A stretch of 62,909 nucleotides of DNA, filler included, from Octopus bimaculoides (lineage: Eukaryota), in NCBI RefSeq assembly GCF_001194135.2. It is 5 parts of 5 records of this genome, joined end to end, with 100 filler letters (N's around TTAATTAATTAA, not from the genome) between each part and the next. Parts side by side here need not be neighbours in the genome. Positions count along the whole stretch, not along the records: positions 45,057 to 58,351 come from NW_026407380.1; positions 58,452 to 62,909 come from NW_026385542.1; 3 more parts are not named here. One strand, written 5' to 3'. Positions 51,959 to 62,909 of this stretch are shown in pieces; the first letter of the stretch is position 1, and every line of letters begins with the position of its first letter. The position numbers and the translations under genes were made by a program. The notes under the pieces are model-generated. The model saw only the letters and a list, made by a program, of their open reading frames with translations, was not told the origin of the DNA and ran no database searches.

Positions 51959-54202
51959 CACTAATTCGAACTTTTTGCTGTTCCATGAACTAAAGAAAGT
52001 GAATTTTATAGTACTTTTAACGCAGATTTTGAATCTGCTTTTAGAATTTTTCTATCGGGCATGGTTTCTTTGTGACAGAGTAATTAAATTATACAATAAA
52101 TGTACTATAAACGTACAGAAATAAGGCTGACAATTATAATTGGTCAACAGAATTAATGAAAAATTCTGTCCCACAAACAAAAGTAGGTGAACTTAACAGC
52201 ATTTTATCTGCAGAATTCAAATGTGTTTTCAGATATTTTTTATAAGTCATAGTTTTTCTGTGATAGCATATGTAAATTGTTAAACAATTGTATTTCATGA
52301 ATATTACAAGGAAATTTACTTTTAAAAAGTAGAGGCGTATGATTTTCGAATGTATTTAGCTTCGTACATTTTTCAGTGACCAACAATAATCAGCCAACAT
52401 AGAAAAGCTCCACTTTACTAATACCAGGTTTCCATGTTCAGAATGTCCTGATGAAACCTCTCGCCGTGCTCGTCACTGACAGCCCCAAGATTTGTAGGGA
52501 AAAAGTCCAAATGAGAGTCGAAGAAATGGACTTCTAAGCTCATATTGCGTCTCAAGGCCTTGTATGATATCAGTAGCTCTTTCACAATGTAAGAATAGTT
52601 CTCTGCTCTGTGATTCTTCCCAAACTCTCTGCAAACTTTCTTATATGACAGCTATGCAGTTTTTTAACATCATTGAGCTCTTCATCAAACTTTTGGTCTC
52701 TTATCAGCTCCCTAATCTGCGGCCCAACAAAATTACCCTCCTTGATTTTTGCTTCACTTACTCTTGAAAATTCAGTTCCCAAATACATGAATCTTTTGCC
52801 AGTTCTATCCATACCTTTGATGAAATCGTTCATCAACTCTAGCTTAATATGCAAAGGAGGCAGATAAATTTTCTTTGAATCAACAAGGGGAGGATTGATG
52901 ACATCGTTTCGTCAGAGTTAGAGATCGTTTCGGCCACACATTCTTTTCCTAATGATTTTTTTTTATCCCGACTGTCCCACTCACAGAGAAAGCAACAAAA
53001 CTTGGTGTAACCCAGCTGCATTCCAAGTAAAACCTTTAGGTCACCACAAATATTCCACTTATGTTCCTCATGCTTAATTTTTTGCAACAGAAGCTTCATA
53101 CTCTCATATGTTTCCTTCATGTTAGCTGTATGGGTCAGAGGAACAGAAGAAAACTTATTTCCATTGTAGAGTAAAACTGCTTTCAAGCTTGCTTTTGAGG
53201 AGTTAAACAAACGCTACTCATTCGTGCTATATTTGTGGTTAAGTTCCTCCATAAGAGAATATACATCTTTACAAAACACCACACCATCCTCGAGTGAGAA
53301 AAAAATTGCAAAATCACTATGCCGAGCACGATAAAAACTAATCTTGGTCTCTTTCTGGAGAAGATTCCAGCCCTTTAACCTGGAACCAAGAAGTTCAGCT
53401 TGCTTTTTCGACAAGTTTAAATCCCGCACAAGATCATTGAAATCTCCCTGACTCACCAAATGCGGTTCACTTGAAGAACAGTTAAGCTCAAAGTCCATGT
53501 CTTCTGTTTATTTCTCCATATCTTCTTTACTTGAGTCATCATCACTGTCATTTGTTTTGGAGGGTCACGTACAGGTAAGTGTTGACTCATAGCAGATTGT
53601 AAATTAAGATATTTTACAGTATGCTTGGATTTTGGTGTTATACTTTGTATATTCGTCATGCAGAAGTAGCAATCTAAAGTGTGATCTTTGGGCTCTCTTC
53701 AAATCATAGGGATATGAAAAAGCATATGGCTTGAACCTTTGGCCCATGCAGTGAGAAGCCTTACACAGGTTACACAACGCACATGAGGGGCAATTATAGC
53801 AAACGTTGTTTTGATGTTTATACAGTTTCTTGGCATTATGAAGGTGAATGGAATATGTGAACATAATACACAACCGCAAGCCTACACTTCAAGCACAGTA
53901 CTGACAAAACGTCGGTGACTCATCGACTCAGTGTTGCCAAGCTTCGGTGACTCATTGACTCACATAGCTAGGTTAATTCTATTCATAAACATTTAAATTA
54001 GGAGTATTTCTTAAACCGTTAACTTCACATTTCAATAGCTTAACTGAAATTTAGCCCACGTAACAGAAACTGAGAGGGATATCGTGGAACAGAGAAACTG
54101 TAGGGGATACAGATAATTTGACATTATTCTTGAATTCTGCATGCAAAAACATATTGAATACGGATATTCTTTTTCTTGGGATAATTTTTTTGTTGACCAG
54201 TG
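51959..54202 (-). mobile_element. Chapaev3-type (CMC superfamily) DNA transposon with both ends
   Basis: Termini CACT... (51959) and ...CCAGTG (54202), with TTA directly outside both ends (51956-58 and 54203-05). Subterminal GCAGA(A/T)TT..AA repeats and an internal transposase remnant. Confidence 0.75.
52340..53880 (-). pseudogene. Chapaev3-type transposase, frameshifted
   Basis: APHVRCVTC..PMI*REPKDHTLDCYFC, DLVRDLNLSKKQAELLGSRLKGWNLL, WNICGDLKV..GYTKFCCFLCEWDSRD, LPPLHIKLEL, KIKEGNFVGPQIR, VSDEHGERFHQDI, ADYCWSL. Confidence 0.85.
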
Positions 54203-55137
54203 TTATCTTAGTATATAGTGAATGGTTATTTGTTCTTTCTGCTATTTATTATTGGCGAGTCTTCAATCTGTCAATTGGTTTTTGTATAATTTATTTCTAC
54301 TTCACTTCTGCTAACATTTCAAAAATCTTGTAGTTACATTGTCCCGGTTCTCTGTGGCAGTCCCAAAGTATCAGATTTCATTCCTTTTCATTGACCTACT
54401 ATTCTTTGATTCTTATTGCTACTGCTATTCCCCTTGCCTGTTGTATACTGGTCATATATTTGCTTAAAATAGATTTACCTAATTTTGAAATGATACCATG
54501 TTGATCAAATTCCTTTCTGCAGGCAATCAGTTCATTGTGGCTCTGAGAAGGATAAAGGAGGGTGACTGTTCTCTACTTTTTCAGTCATCCGACTATGGAT
54601 CGGTTGATTAATACAATTGAAAAATGGAACTAAATCCCTCCAATACTTATCCGAAACATTTATTAACCTTCAATAAATGCATAAAATCCATTATCTGTGG
54701 ACAATAAATTCAGATTCTTCACCCGCCATTACAACAGTCATAAGAAATTTTGATGTTACTTTTGTGTGCGGTCTAACGCAGTATCTGTACCCTGCGCTGT
54801 GAAATGACCTGACAGTTAGGAATACTTTGAAATTACAGATCGAAAATTTAGAAGGCCAAGGTGTGTTAGTGCCTCCTCATGCATACACAAGAAAAGTTGT
54901 TCTTCACGAACCTCTGCAATGAATCTTACTTGTATAGTATTTTGGGTGTAATAGATATAATTTTCTTATTTTCTTGTTATTTTGGCATTTTTATTTACTT
55001 TCTCACCCTCTAATTATCAACTTTCATAGGATAACTTTTTCAACAATAACTCTATCATTATTGACAACTCAGGTACTCTAGTATATATGTCATCTTCAAG
55101 ATTCCTTAACTGATGCAGTCAGTTGTTGAGGTTAGGG

Positions 55138-55709
55138 GGACACTCTAGACGCTTTCGTAGTTAGCCGTCGTCATTGGTCTCTGTTTTCTGTTCTCTGCTT
55201 TTCTTTCGCCCTCCCTCAACTGTGCCCTGACGAATGGTTTTGGACAGGGAGTTGCAGCGAGATGCATGACAGTACCAAGCGGGCTTTCGTCTTTTTATTT
55301 GCGCAAGGAATGGTTTCCGCCTACCAGCATATTTGTTGACTTGCTGCCTGACAAAGCTGTTCGCTTTGTGTTCTGTCTAAGGGATATGTAGCAACCTTCT
55401 GAAGTACTTATGCTCATATGCCTAGATTCTTCGTTCCTTGTCAGCTTAAAAATCCAGCTCTCACATCCTTTATAGAAAGACTGAAGTCACCAGGGACATA
55501 TACACCTTGAGTCTTGTTGGAAAACTAATGGAATTGCTTTTCCATATGGTGTTCAGGTTCGTCATAGTAGCAGAGGCTGAGCTGAGTCTTGGTCACAATG
55601 GATCCTGACATTCGTCAGGGCACAGTTGAGGGAGGGCGAGAGAAAAGCAGAGAACAGAGAACAGAGACCAATGACGACGGCTAACTACGAAAGCGTCTAC
55701 AAAGTGTCC
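55138..55709. mobile_element. RTE RT C-terminal fragment (minus strand) bracketed by ~100-bp inverted repeats
   Basis: Arms 55146-55236 and 55609-55699 differ at 2 of 91 positions, plus an outer GGACACT/AGTGTCC. The spacer's minus strand encodes SATMTNLNTIWKSNSISFPTRLKVYMSLVTSVFL*GCESW..AYEHKYFRRLLHIP*TEHK..KRRKPAWYCH..LSKTIRQGTVEGGR. Confidence 0.85.
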
Positions 55710-56269
55710 AATTCATCAAGTCTCTCTCCGTTTAGCATGATGTTGGTTGCTGTGTTTTGGTTGGAGAATATCATACAGCAGACACTTCAAACCTTCCATC
55801 CCTCTGTTTCCATTGGAGGACAGCCCGTTTCCTTCTTCTCGTTCCACTTTTAGCATCAATCTTCGCGTTTTTTCTTCTCGTTTTTTTCTTGTTTTCTCAT
55901 AGACCAGCGTCCTGGTTTTTAAATACATCTAATGATATGCACTGAGCCTGAAATCTTGCTTGGAGATACATGGCATGTTATATAAATCTGTCAATTCAAT
56001 GTATCTCTAAAGCATGAAACTCTTTTGTAGTTCTTTTGTAAATTGTGTGCGTGCGTATATATANNNNNNNNNNNNNNNNNNNNNNNNNNNNNNNNNNNNN
56101 NNNNNNNNNNNNNNNNNNNNNNNNNNNNNNNNNNNNNNNNNNNNTATATATATATATATATATATATGGAGCAAATAATTCAGGAGAAAAATATTTGCGA
56201 AGATATCATTGACTCTATTATTATCTAGTATAACAATTAAAAATAATAACAGAATCAATAATGTAGGCG

Positions 56270-56616
56270 ATTGCAGGTCCGGTGACCCCCTTCGGGTACG
56301 AATGACCATGGGATTGCATCTACAAAGTTAACATCCAAGGCACAAGTCCGGGCAAGGTTGTTTATGGAAAACCAGCAGTCGCCCATGCATACCAGCCTCC
56401 CCTCTCCACGCCACCGATGTTAACCAAGGGAAAGGCAAATGCCGATAGAGCTTGGCATCTGTGACGTGGCAACTTATTCTACAGCTGAGTGAACTGGAGC
56501 AACATGAAATAAAGTGACTTGCTCAAGAACACAACACGCAGCCTACTCCGGGATTCGAACTCACTACCTCACGGTCATAAGATCGACGTTCTAACCACTG
56601 AGCCATGCGCCTTCAC
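56270..56616 (-). mobile_element. tRNA-derived SINE (same head as 15802-16128, different tail)
   Basis: Head GTGAAGGCGCATGGCTCAGTGGTTAGAAC..GTGAGTTCGAATCCC, followed by GTGTTCTTGAGCAAGTCACTTTATTTCA. Confidence 0.85.
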
Positions 56617-56664
56617 ACAATTGCATGCCTCAAAAGAGCATTAGATAGCTGACGGATTTAAATC

Positions 56665-57159
56665 AATCAAAGGACATGCTAAGTATGTCTACCTGTTGGA
56701 AATAACAGTCAAAACAATCTCTCAGCATACAGTCAAGTATTTGGACTCATGTGGACCGGTTTCTGGACAGGCATTACAGCTTCACCTTCTTCACTACGCG
56801 TTACCATAAGAGAGAGCCCCAACCCGTCACGTTAAAGTCTGCGCAAATATTTTTCTCTTGAATTGAAACTATTTTCACACTGGTGGCTGCCACTATTAGG
56901 CGCAAAACGAATCAGTTGCAGTTCAGACTTCAACGTGACGGGTTGGGGCTCTCCATCATGGTAACGAGTGCTGAGGAAGATGAGGCTGTAACCGACCCAC
57001 ATGACTCCAAATACTTGAATGTATACTGAGAGATTATCTTAGCTCATTTACCTTCAGACGGCTGATTTCTGTAGTTATTATCAGTGTACTTTGGCGATGT
57101 AAATAAGAGTTTTGACTGTTATTTCCAGCAGGTAGATATACTTAGTATGTTCTTTGATT
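56665..57159. mobile_element. ~495-bp fold-back/MITE with nested long inverted arms
   Basis: Outer arms AATCAAAGGACATGCTAAGTATGTCTACCTGTTGGAAATAACAGTCAAAAC match the reverse complement at ~57110-57159. Inner arms GAGCCCCAACCCGTCACGTTAAAGTCTG pair with CAGACTTCAACGTGACGGGTTGGGGCTC. Confidence 0.9.
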
Positions 57160-57700
57160 AGTTATATATATATATATATACTTAGTATATGTAAAACAAT
57201 ACTAATGCTTTATTCAGACTAAAGAAAAAGCCCTGTTGACATAGATGCTTAATGTTAAATTCCCCTACATATGATAGTAGTAAAAAAAACCCAACCTAAA
57301 ATTGTGCTGCCACTGTGACCAGAGAAATCTTTATAACCATATCCATGTATAATGCTTACACCTTCCCTTTCCTTAAAAGTGAAAGTTTGATTGCCCCCTT
57401 ATACTTTGAACCACTAGATAAGAGACAAAATCAGAGACAGAATTCTACCTAGAATTAATTACTAGCCTGCTAGCCTTGGCTATGTCAAGATGGATTTTTT
57501 TATTCTTCTGCCCACTTAGATTTTAAAATGTTGCCACAATAGTAATATGTCCAATCTGCTGTAATTTTCTATATTCTGGTGCAGCTGAAGATTGCTCTGC
57601 ATTTTACATTTAATGTAATGCTCACATTACTTAAATAAATGGAGTAGCATGAAACGTGCGTACTGCAATAACCTTTCAAATCCGTGTTGCTTTTTTGATT

Positions 57701-57731
<31 letters not shown>

Positions 57732-58451
57732 TTAAATAAATCAAAGATATAAAATTCTCTGAAAGGTATGTCAGCAATCAAGTTCCCCGGTTTTATCCAG
57801 TGTATCAGCGAAAAACCAAAGATGCTAGATTCGCATTAATGGATATGGGTATATTATTGTTTATGTAAGAGGAAAAGAAAACGGAGAAATTGATATATAG
57901 ATAACAATTTATTAGAGTATATTCAATTCCAAACAAAAACAAACTCATAGCACCTACAATTGTCTCCATGCTCAATTAATTCAATATGAGAAATTAAATT
58001 AAATTAAAGTTTCATATTAAATACAGCTACTTGGAGATTTCATCAGTGGAATAATCTGATAGAAAGGAGCTACATTCCAATATGTTGGTTGTACATTGAT
58101 AGACTCAGATTTGTACGTTTTTGCATTCAATGCATTTAAAAAACCGTTACTTGTGTATATGCCGTTAGCTTAAACGATATTTCGATACGACTACTTTAGC
58201 TAGAAACCAAAAACATTACCCTTAATTTACATTATAACCTATGATTGATCGAAATGTCAATGAAGTATTTAATCACTTAAAAAATTTATTATAAGTCACC
58301 TAGTTGCAATCTTCAGTAATTTTTTCTAATTATTTCTTTTTCTCATATATANNNNNNNNNNNNNNNNNNNNNNNNNNNNNNNNNNNNNNNNNNNNTTAAT
58401 TAATTAANNNNNNNNNNNNNNNNNNNNNNNNNNNNNNNNNNNNNNNNNNNN

Positions 58452-58487
<36 letters not shown>

Positions 58488-59344
58488 GTCACACATTTAT
58501 ATTCATTTATATATCCATATATATACATTTATACACACACACACACACGCACACAACATACACATGAGCATATATAGGCTACGCTGCACATTTCATAGAA
58601 CACGTATAGTAGGAACACATAAAAACAAAAATCAATTTTCGAAAGTAGTTTCCGATAGTATCCTTTATGATTTATGTGACAATATGGTTTCCTTGTAATC
58701 TTTCCCGATAAGCAATGGCGATGGGTGTAAGCAACAACATCAAGACTTACACTCATGCCACACCGAATTCACGACCTAGTTTCTTTTTCTCATTTCCGAT
58801 TATAGAAGTCAAACTTCCTTTTGCTAGACACAGCTAAATCATTTTGGAAAGGCATGAAAGTTACAATTTCCACTATCGTCCGTAAAATCCGTTTCTAGTC
58901 TTTTATCATTGGGGTGTTTTTTTTCTTTTTAAATTTTTATACAACGTCGAATTTTGAATAAGACGCCATTTTGTTATTTTTTTGAGTACGATTCAAGATA
59001 TATATTTTTTTAACTTATCGCGTATTAAATATATTATAAGAAATACTTAGGATGTCTGGACAAAAAAAAAAAAATATTAGTTCAATGACTAATAATTACT
59101 GTAATAATTTCTATAAAAAAATAGTGGAGATGGGGAAGCAAGTCGTTACCGGTTTCGAATTTATTTCATCTCATCATCGAATCATAGACGTTGTTGTATT
59201 TGCCAATTTAGCGATGAAACATTATGTAGATTTAAAAAAACGATGGAGAAATAGGCACGAGATACAAGTATATGCGTTTTCAAAATCGATGAGGGTTATT
59301 GTTCATAGATACATTCTTTTGTTCATTTTCTTTTTCTTCAGTCC

Positions 59345-59656
59345 TGCGGCTTCTAACATCGGTTACCTGGGTTCCATGGCACATAAAGTGACAGAGCTCA
59401 CAACATTCCACCCGAAAGAGGCGCCGGTCCGTTGTAGGTTTGAAGGCGAATAATTCTGAGTGGAGGGGGACTAGTTGATCATATTGACCCGAGTAATTGA
59501 CTCATACTGTATCTTATCGACCACGAAAGTATGAACGAAAAAAGATGACCTTGGCAAGATTTCGACTCAGAAGAGTCGTGGTGTTGGTGGTGGTGGTGGT
59601 GTGGAAGCCGCTAAGCATTTTCTCCAACGTTCCATCGATGCTGCCAGCTCGCAGTC
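59345..59656 (-). mobile_element. Degenerate 19504-type SINE with an internal (GGT)n
   Basis: CCGCTAAGCATTTT..GCTGCCAGCTCGCAGTC is the reverse complement of the head; a degenerate central domain TTATCGACCACGAAAGTATGAA is also present. Confidence 0.6.
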
Positions 59657-60464
59657 TTTCTTCCAGCTCCCCAATTTATTCAGTGACACTATTTTTACGG
59701 GAAAAACTGAAAACAATAGTTAAGTTTATGTTAAGATATTCAATGCATTGATTATAAAATCTATTTAGAGATTAGCGATCTGTATATCATACCTCAAGCA
59801 TGCATACTGTTGAAAGCCTTCTAAACTGAAGTACTCGACTTGAGAAAACATGTCTTAGAGGTGTATAGTCTTGAGGAACATTATACGTCTGTAAGAGAAG
59901 CGTTCTCAAAACGGATACCGCAGTTTAAAAGGGTTTAAGCAGTTTATATGTTTTAGATATGATATACAGATCGTTAATTTTAATTAATACTGCTACGTCG
60001 CTAATAAGTAATTAGAGATGTTTATGCGGTGAAGAAAAGAAAATTTTAGTGGACTGGTTGTTGCAATTTTAAGAATTTAGATCAGAATAGGAGGGAACGT
60101 CTGAAAAGTTTCATCAGCTTTAAGGCCTAGCTTCATTTTATTTTTCCTGAATAAAAAGAAATGTCTTTTTGAGTCATATGAAAATTTTTTCTCACGTAAA
60201 AAAGAACGTTAAACGTTTTACCGAAATGACTCAAAACCTACAGTTGAATCAGTGCATATGTGTTTGTAAGTATGTGTGTATATGAGTGTTTGTAGGTATG
60301 TGGGGAGTGGGGTTGCATTGTACTAAAATTACGTTTGCTAACAGGACTCGAACCATTAACAAAGATCTCTACATTGGCAACGGTATTTGCTTTGTTGTCT
60401 CCTTCTCAAAAGAGCGTCGGGAAAGTTTCTTGATACATACATCAGTGGATTTATGCTACTACTA

Positions 60465-60506
60465 CCACCACCACCACCCCTACCACTACTACTACAAATA
60501 CTAACG

Positions 60507-60568
<62 letters not shown>

Positions 60569-60595
60569 GCTACTGCTGCTATTACTATTACTACT
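60465..60595. repeat. (CTA/CCA)n trinucleotide array
   Basis: Directly visible. Confidence 0.95.
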
Positions 60596-61047
60596 TTCAC
60601 TTTCCTTGTACAAAGACAAGAATACACAATACTATGGTAGTAAATGTTATGTAAATATATACACACACACATACACGCATGTATGTATACATTTATATAT
60701 NNNNNNNNNNNNNNNNNNNNNNNNNNNNNNNNNNNNNNNNNNNNNNNNNNNNNNNNNNNNNNNNNNNNNNNNNNNNNNNNNNNNNNNNNNNNNNNNNNNN
60801 NNNNNNNNNNNNNNNNNNNNNNNNNNNNNNNNNNNNNNNNNNNNNNNNNNNNNNNNNNNNNNNNNNNNNNNNNNNNNNNNNNNNNNNNNNNNNNNNNTAT
60901 ATATACATATATGTATAAATAAATGTATTTTTGTATTTATATACGTATATATATATGATAAAGACATCCGTATATTTACACACATGTACGTATTCATGTA
61001 TGCGTATATGTGTGTATGTGTGCGTCTGTGTTTGTGTATTTGTGTGC

Positions 61048-61085
<38 letters not shown>

Positions 61086-61756
61086 AGGTGTGAGTGTGTG
61101 TGTGTGTGTGTGTACCAAGTCATGGCAGTCAACGCGTCGTTCGTCGCGGAATAACACTTCTATAAGTTCATTAGAACAGGTGTATGTATATATATGTCTG
61201 TATGTGTGTGTGTGTGTGTGTATGTACACGCTTACACACATACAAACATGCACACATACACACACACATACACGCACATGCATACATACTTACTTGCCTA
61301 CCTACATACATAAATACGTACGTACGTACGTACATACATACGTACATAACTATCACATACTTGTGTTGGCTCAGTCGTGTTAGGGTGGGGCCGAGCGACC
61401 GAGCGGCTCCGCGGCTATGATGCTAGAGGGAAAAAGAAGAAAAAAATTTAGAATTGCTAATCTAAATCTACCTTTTTTCGATCATAATTCATCACTTTCT
61501 TCCTTTCGTTTCATCTCTATGATTTACTTGGTCGAACTTAAGCCCTCGAAATGGCCTGAGTACTTACAGAGATGTTTGAACAGTAAACTATAAAGAAAAA
61601 GCTACAGAGCTGAAATGGTAGTCAGTAAGGAACTATCAACAGCGACTAGTGCTTTTGTTCTCGGCGTGGAATAAATATTTCACTTTCACTGGGTAGAAAC
61701 AAAACGCCTCGTTCTTCGCTTTGTGTCAGTGTGTGAGCGCACATATACACATAGAC

Positions 61757-61788
<32 letters not shown>

Positions 61789-62624
61789 GTACATATACAA
61801 ACATATATACATATCTATGTATGAATATTATACATATATATATGCACACGCACACACACATATATATATATATATNNNNNNNNNNNNNNNNNNNNNNNNN
61901 NNNNNNNNNNNNNNNNNNNNNNNNNNNNNNNNNNNNNNNNNNNNNNNNNNNNNNNNNNNNNNNNNNNNNNNNNNNNNNNNNNNNNNNNNNNNNNNNNNNN
62001 NNNNNNNNNNNNNNNNNNNNNNNNNNNNNNNNNNNNNNNNNNNNNNNNNNNNNNNNNNNNNNNNNNNNNNNNNNNNNNNNNNNNNNNNNNNNNNNNNNNN
62101 NNNNNNNNNNNNNNNNNNNNNNNNNNNNNNNNNNNNNNNNNNNNNNNNNNNNNNNNNNNNNNNNNNNNNNNNNNNNNNNNNNNNNNNNNNNNNNNNNNNN
62201 NNNNNNNNNNNNNNNNNNNNNNNNNNNNNNNNNNNNNNNNNNNNNNNNNNNNNNNNNNNNNNNNNNNNNNNNNNNNNNNNNNNNNNNNNNNNNNNNNNNN
62301 NNNNNNNNNNNNNNNNNNNNNNNNNNNNNNNNNNNNNNNNNNNNNNNNNNNNNNNNNNNNNNNNNNNNNNNNNNNNNNNNNNNNNNNNNNNNNNNNNNNN
62401 NNNNNNNNNNNNNNNNNNNNNNNNNNNNNNNNNNNNNNNNNNNNNNNNNNNNNNNNNNNNNNNNNNNNNNNNNNNNNNNNNNNNNNNNNNNNNNNNNNNN
62501 NNNNNNNNNNNNNNNNNNNNNNNNNNNNNNNNNNNNNNNNNNNNNNNNNNNNNNNNNNNNNNNNNNNNNNNNNNNNNCAAAACAAAAATATATATATACA
62601 TACATACATATGATTATCTTATCA

Positions 62625-62655
<31 letters not shown>

Positions 62656-62909
62656 ATGTGTGTGCGTATGTCTGTGTACGTATATATGTTTGACTATATA
62701 TGGATGGATCGATGTACAAATATATCATATATTTGATTTTTATCACACTGTTAGCCACACTATATATTTTTGCATCTATGTCTATATACATAAATATGTG
62801 TGTGCGTGTGACTATGTGTATGTATATATATACATATATATATATATATGTGTATATATACATACATACATACATGTACATATATACATATATATATATA
62901 TATATATAT

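Noticed and set aside
52447-52460. CTGATGAAAC, resembling a hammerhead core
   Set aside because: It is the antisense of the transposase codons for RFHQD.
55228-55236. CTGACGA in the inverted-repeat arms
   Set aside because: It is the antisense of RTE codons (IRQG), and no GAAA box follows.
59342-59453. Strong acceptor followed by an open frame (PAASNIGYLG...)
   Set aside because: It appears to be the antisense tail of the adjacent degenerate SINE, and the peptide has no recognisable homology.

Overview
This is an AT-rich, microsatellite-dense eukaryotic scaffold segment, with roughly a sixth of it assembly gaps. The SINE families, repeat content and gap style match my recollection of an Octopus (coleoid cephalopod) draft genome; that is inference, not a database check. 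I found no recognisable host protein-coding exon, and nearly all long ORFs in the supplied track are microsatellite or N-run artefacts. The window is best read as intronic or intergenic DNA full of transposon remnants. These include six R4/Dong-type RLE non-LTR fragments (five flanked by TAA repeats), a HERO-like fragment and a Penelope-like RT with duplicated terminal sequence. There are also RTE fragments, a CR1/L2-group 3' end, two Tc1/mariner remnants and a Helitron-derived element. A bounded 2.24-kb Chapaev3-type DNA transposon has CACT...AGTG ends and a TTA target duplication. More than ten tRNA-derived SINE copies and four fold-back elements are also present. The most notable observations are: (1) several distinct hammerhead-ribozyme-like cores, (2) a SINE/(TAA)n/Dong pile-up suggesting SINE tails create Dong target sites, and (3) a decayed RTE fragment bracketed by nearly identical ~100-bp inverted repeats made from its own sequence. 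I did not find a clearly new multi-gene system. All family names come from motifs I recall and need HMM or Repbase/Dfam confirmation.
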